From Macrostomum lignano (lineage: Eukaryota): a stretch of DNA of 64,000 nt. The notes beneath the pieces are model-generated. The model worked only from the letters and a program-made list of their open reading frames with translations. It was not told where the DNA came from and did not search any database. The position numbers were made by a program, and so were the translations under genes. Of the stretch, positions 61,901 to 64,000 are shown piece by piece (position 1 is the first letter of the stretch; every line of letters begins with the position of its first letter). The stretch lies in NCBI GenBank assembly GCA_002269645.1, contig NIVC01003879.1, positions 8,318 to 72,317 of the forward strand, read 5' to 3'.

Positions 61901-62676
61901 TGTTATGTAATGCGAAATCTCCGGGGGGCGGCTCGTGATCCTCGAGCAGCTACGGCCTCCTAAGACTAATACCAGAGTACAAGTACCCCTTCAGGGTGGC
62001 GAGCCAGTGATGGCGTCCGACACTCTGACCGAGCTGCCGGTGTCGGGCGGTGCGTACTATCGCTTCTCGTTCCTAGCCAGCAGCTCGTCCCTACGGCAGT
62101 ACCCGATACAGTATGTCCCGTACCGAACAATGAACAACACAACGAGACTCAAGTTCTTACTGAGGAATGAACACGGCGGGAGCGGCGGCGAAGGACTAGC
62201 CGGTAGCGCGGATTCTCAGACGTTGCGTACCCGTAGGGGCGTCTCGGTTCTAATCGATATGGGCAGTGGAATCTCAGAGCTGAGTTGGGTTGGAAGGTAG
62301 CAGCCACAGTTGGTCCCTCACCGCCGCTACACCGCGCTAAATATATATTTGGGTTGGCCGGCTAGGCCGCGGGGAATCGCCCCCGCGCCCACCCGACCAG
62401 CCACACAACCAGCTTAGCACATTACAGCGAGAAAGCTGCTGATTGGCCGGCGCGTGAGAGAGGCGGCCCGTACCAAACAGCAGCTGCGCAAGAGACGGAA
62501 AACTTGGGGGGGGGACGCGCTGAGAGGGGTGGCGCAGCCAGCCAAAGCCGGCTGGCTCAGACAGACTGGGGTGGGTGGTGCATAAACAACTCAGGAGGGA
62601 AAGTGCAGTGTCCCAGTGCGCCAATTAACTGCAAGCCTGAGATCGTTAGGCAGTGAAAGTACACTACGGCACAACA
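61901..62676 (-). repeat. 5' LTR (776 bp)
   Basis: TGTTATG...CACAACA. It differs from the other LTR by about 13 substitutions and ~4 indels (by-eye count). Confidence 0.95.
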
Positions 62677-64000
62677 CGAGCTAGTCCATATTTTATCGGT
62701 CTCTATAATTGTCTATAATCGGTCCCTATAGACCGATTAAATCTGGACTATTAAAGAAGCTGCGATTACGCCATGCAGTAATGATAAAGTAAACGAGAGT
62801 GGCTAAATACGAGTAAAAGAAACCCACGAGCTAACAAATGGATGAAAGAAACTGCTGTACAACTCAAATGGAAAATTTGTGCAAAAGCAAGGTCGGTTAA
62901 AATTGGTCCTTAAAATTGGGAAAAGAGAAAAACTAAACTGTAGAAAATTATGTTTGCTTCTCAGTTAATAGCTACCATTGTTGTTTGCATAGCATAACAC
63001 ATGAACTATTCAATACTATTAGTTATTACAGCAGGTAACCAATGCAAAGTAAGAAATAATAAAACTATTTCAGAACACTTTGAGATTTGAATTTCTTCAA
63101 GTGAGAATAATAGAAAAAACCATACTAGATGGCTTATGCAAAGATTTTATAAAATTTATAATGACAACAGTTGTGATATTACCTACTGTCTTCTAACAAT
63201 ATACGTGAAAAATTGATAGAAAATTGAATAGTTATCAAAGAGCATAAACAAGGATATCCAGCAAGAGATCTATAAACATTTCTAACAAGCATATACATTT
63301 TTGATAAAAAAAGTTTGAAAAATCTGAAACTTATAGATTTGGATGCAGTGACATAATAAAGTCATGACTCATGATCTCTTATAAGTTATGCATCTTAATT
63401 GTTTCTTGTAAGTATAGATCTAACTTCAATGGGGCAAACTTTAATTCAATTATTTGTTCATTTATTTGATTTTAATTTTAGTTTCCTACTTTATTTGTAA
63501 CTTATCAAATAAAAAAATTATTTAATTTATGCCACTATGCCACCATCGCAAAAATCTTTGAATAGCTTCTTAATCTCAATATTACTTCGGATTACTGGTA
63601 GAGTTATCAGAGAAACAGATCCAATTTTACATAGCTGTCTTTCTTCGTGTAGTTTACTATTTTATAAATGGTATGTTTTTAATGCAATGGGATAAACAAT
63701 GACTTGATAAATCCACTGGGTCTCTATGCGTGAGCAAACTGCGACCTGATTACCAGCTTCATGGCTGGTCAATGTAGATCTCCTGTAGCCGCCTTGCCAG
63801 CGTGTTGTGCTCGCAGCTTCGTTCCTCAGGCACCGGGTAGTGTCTCAGCCGGCTCGTCGCAATACTCCTAGCCCTATAGATGGCGAAAGCCGAGAAGCAA
63901 GACTCAACCTTGACAGGTATGCTGTTTTGGACTGCAATTTTATCAGTTATAATGCTGCGATCATATTCCGTGACGCTGGTTACCGTTTCTTGCTGAAGTA

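Larger units (their letters stand above)
54219..62676 (-). mobile_element. Full-length (8458 bp) Ty3/Gypsy LTR retrotransposon with cargo ORFs
   Basis: Two ~770-bp LTRs with TG...CA ends, a PBS and a PPT. Minus-strand order is gag-PR-RT-RH-IN. The 4-bp flanks ctag/cgag have one mismatch. Confidence 0.97.

Noticed and set aside
63720-63920. GC-richer segment that may be an exon of a gene continuing beyond the window
   Set aside because: The strand and frame are ambiguous and there is no recognisable motif, so it cannot be supported.

Overview
This is eukaryotic (metazoan) genomic DNA with GT-AG introns, and many of the introns are almost filled by their own minisatellite. The style suggests an invertebrate such as a Macrostomum-type flatworm (inference only). 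Host genes assembled by hand with consistent splice phases: CDC27/APC3 (+, 7 exons), TIMM10B/Tim9-like (+), an unidentified multi-exon gene (-), a PLAT/LH2-domain gene (-, 3 exons), TBCB (+, 3 exons), TTC27 (+, 6 exons) and RPS17 (+). Transposon remnants include a Crypton-like tyrosine recombinase, a MULE transposase, a CACTA/EnSpm transposase and several MITE families with TIRs and TSDs. The standout is an 8.46-kb Ty3/Gypsy LTR retrotransposon (54219-62676, minus strand) with a tRNA-His PBS, a PPT and a GGGAAAC -1 frameshift signal with hairpin. Between integrase and the 3' LTR it carries non-env cargo: a DnaJ/J-domain reading frame that continues in frame, across one TAA (probably an E codon originally), into a domain with a SUMO-interacting-like motif and a basic NLS, followed by a further orphan ORF. 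Most long ORFs in the supplied track are translations of tandem repeats. All homologies are by-eye recognitions; no searches were run.
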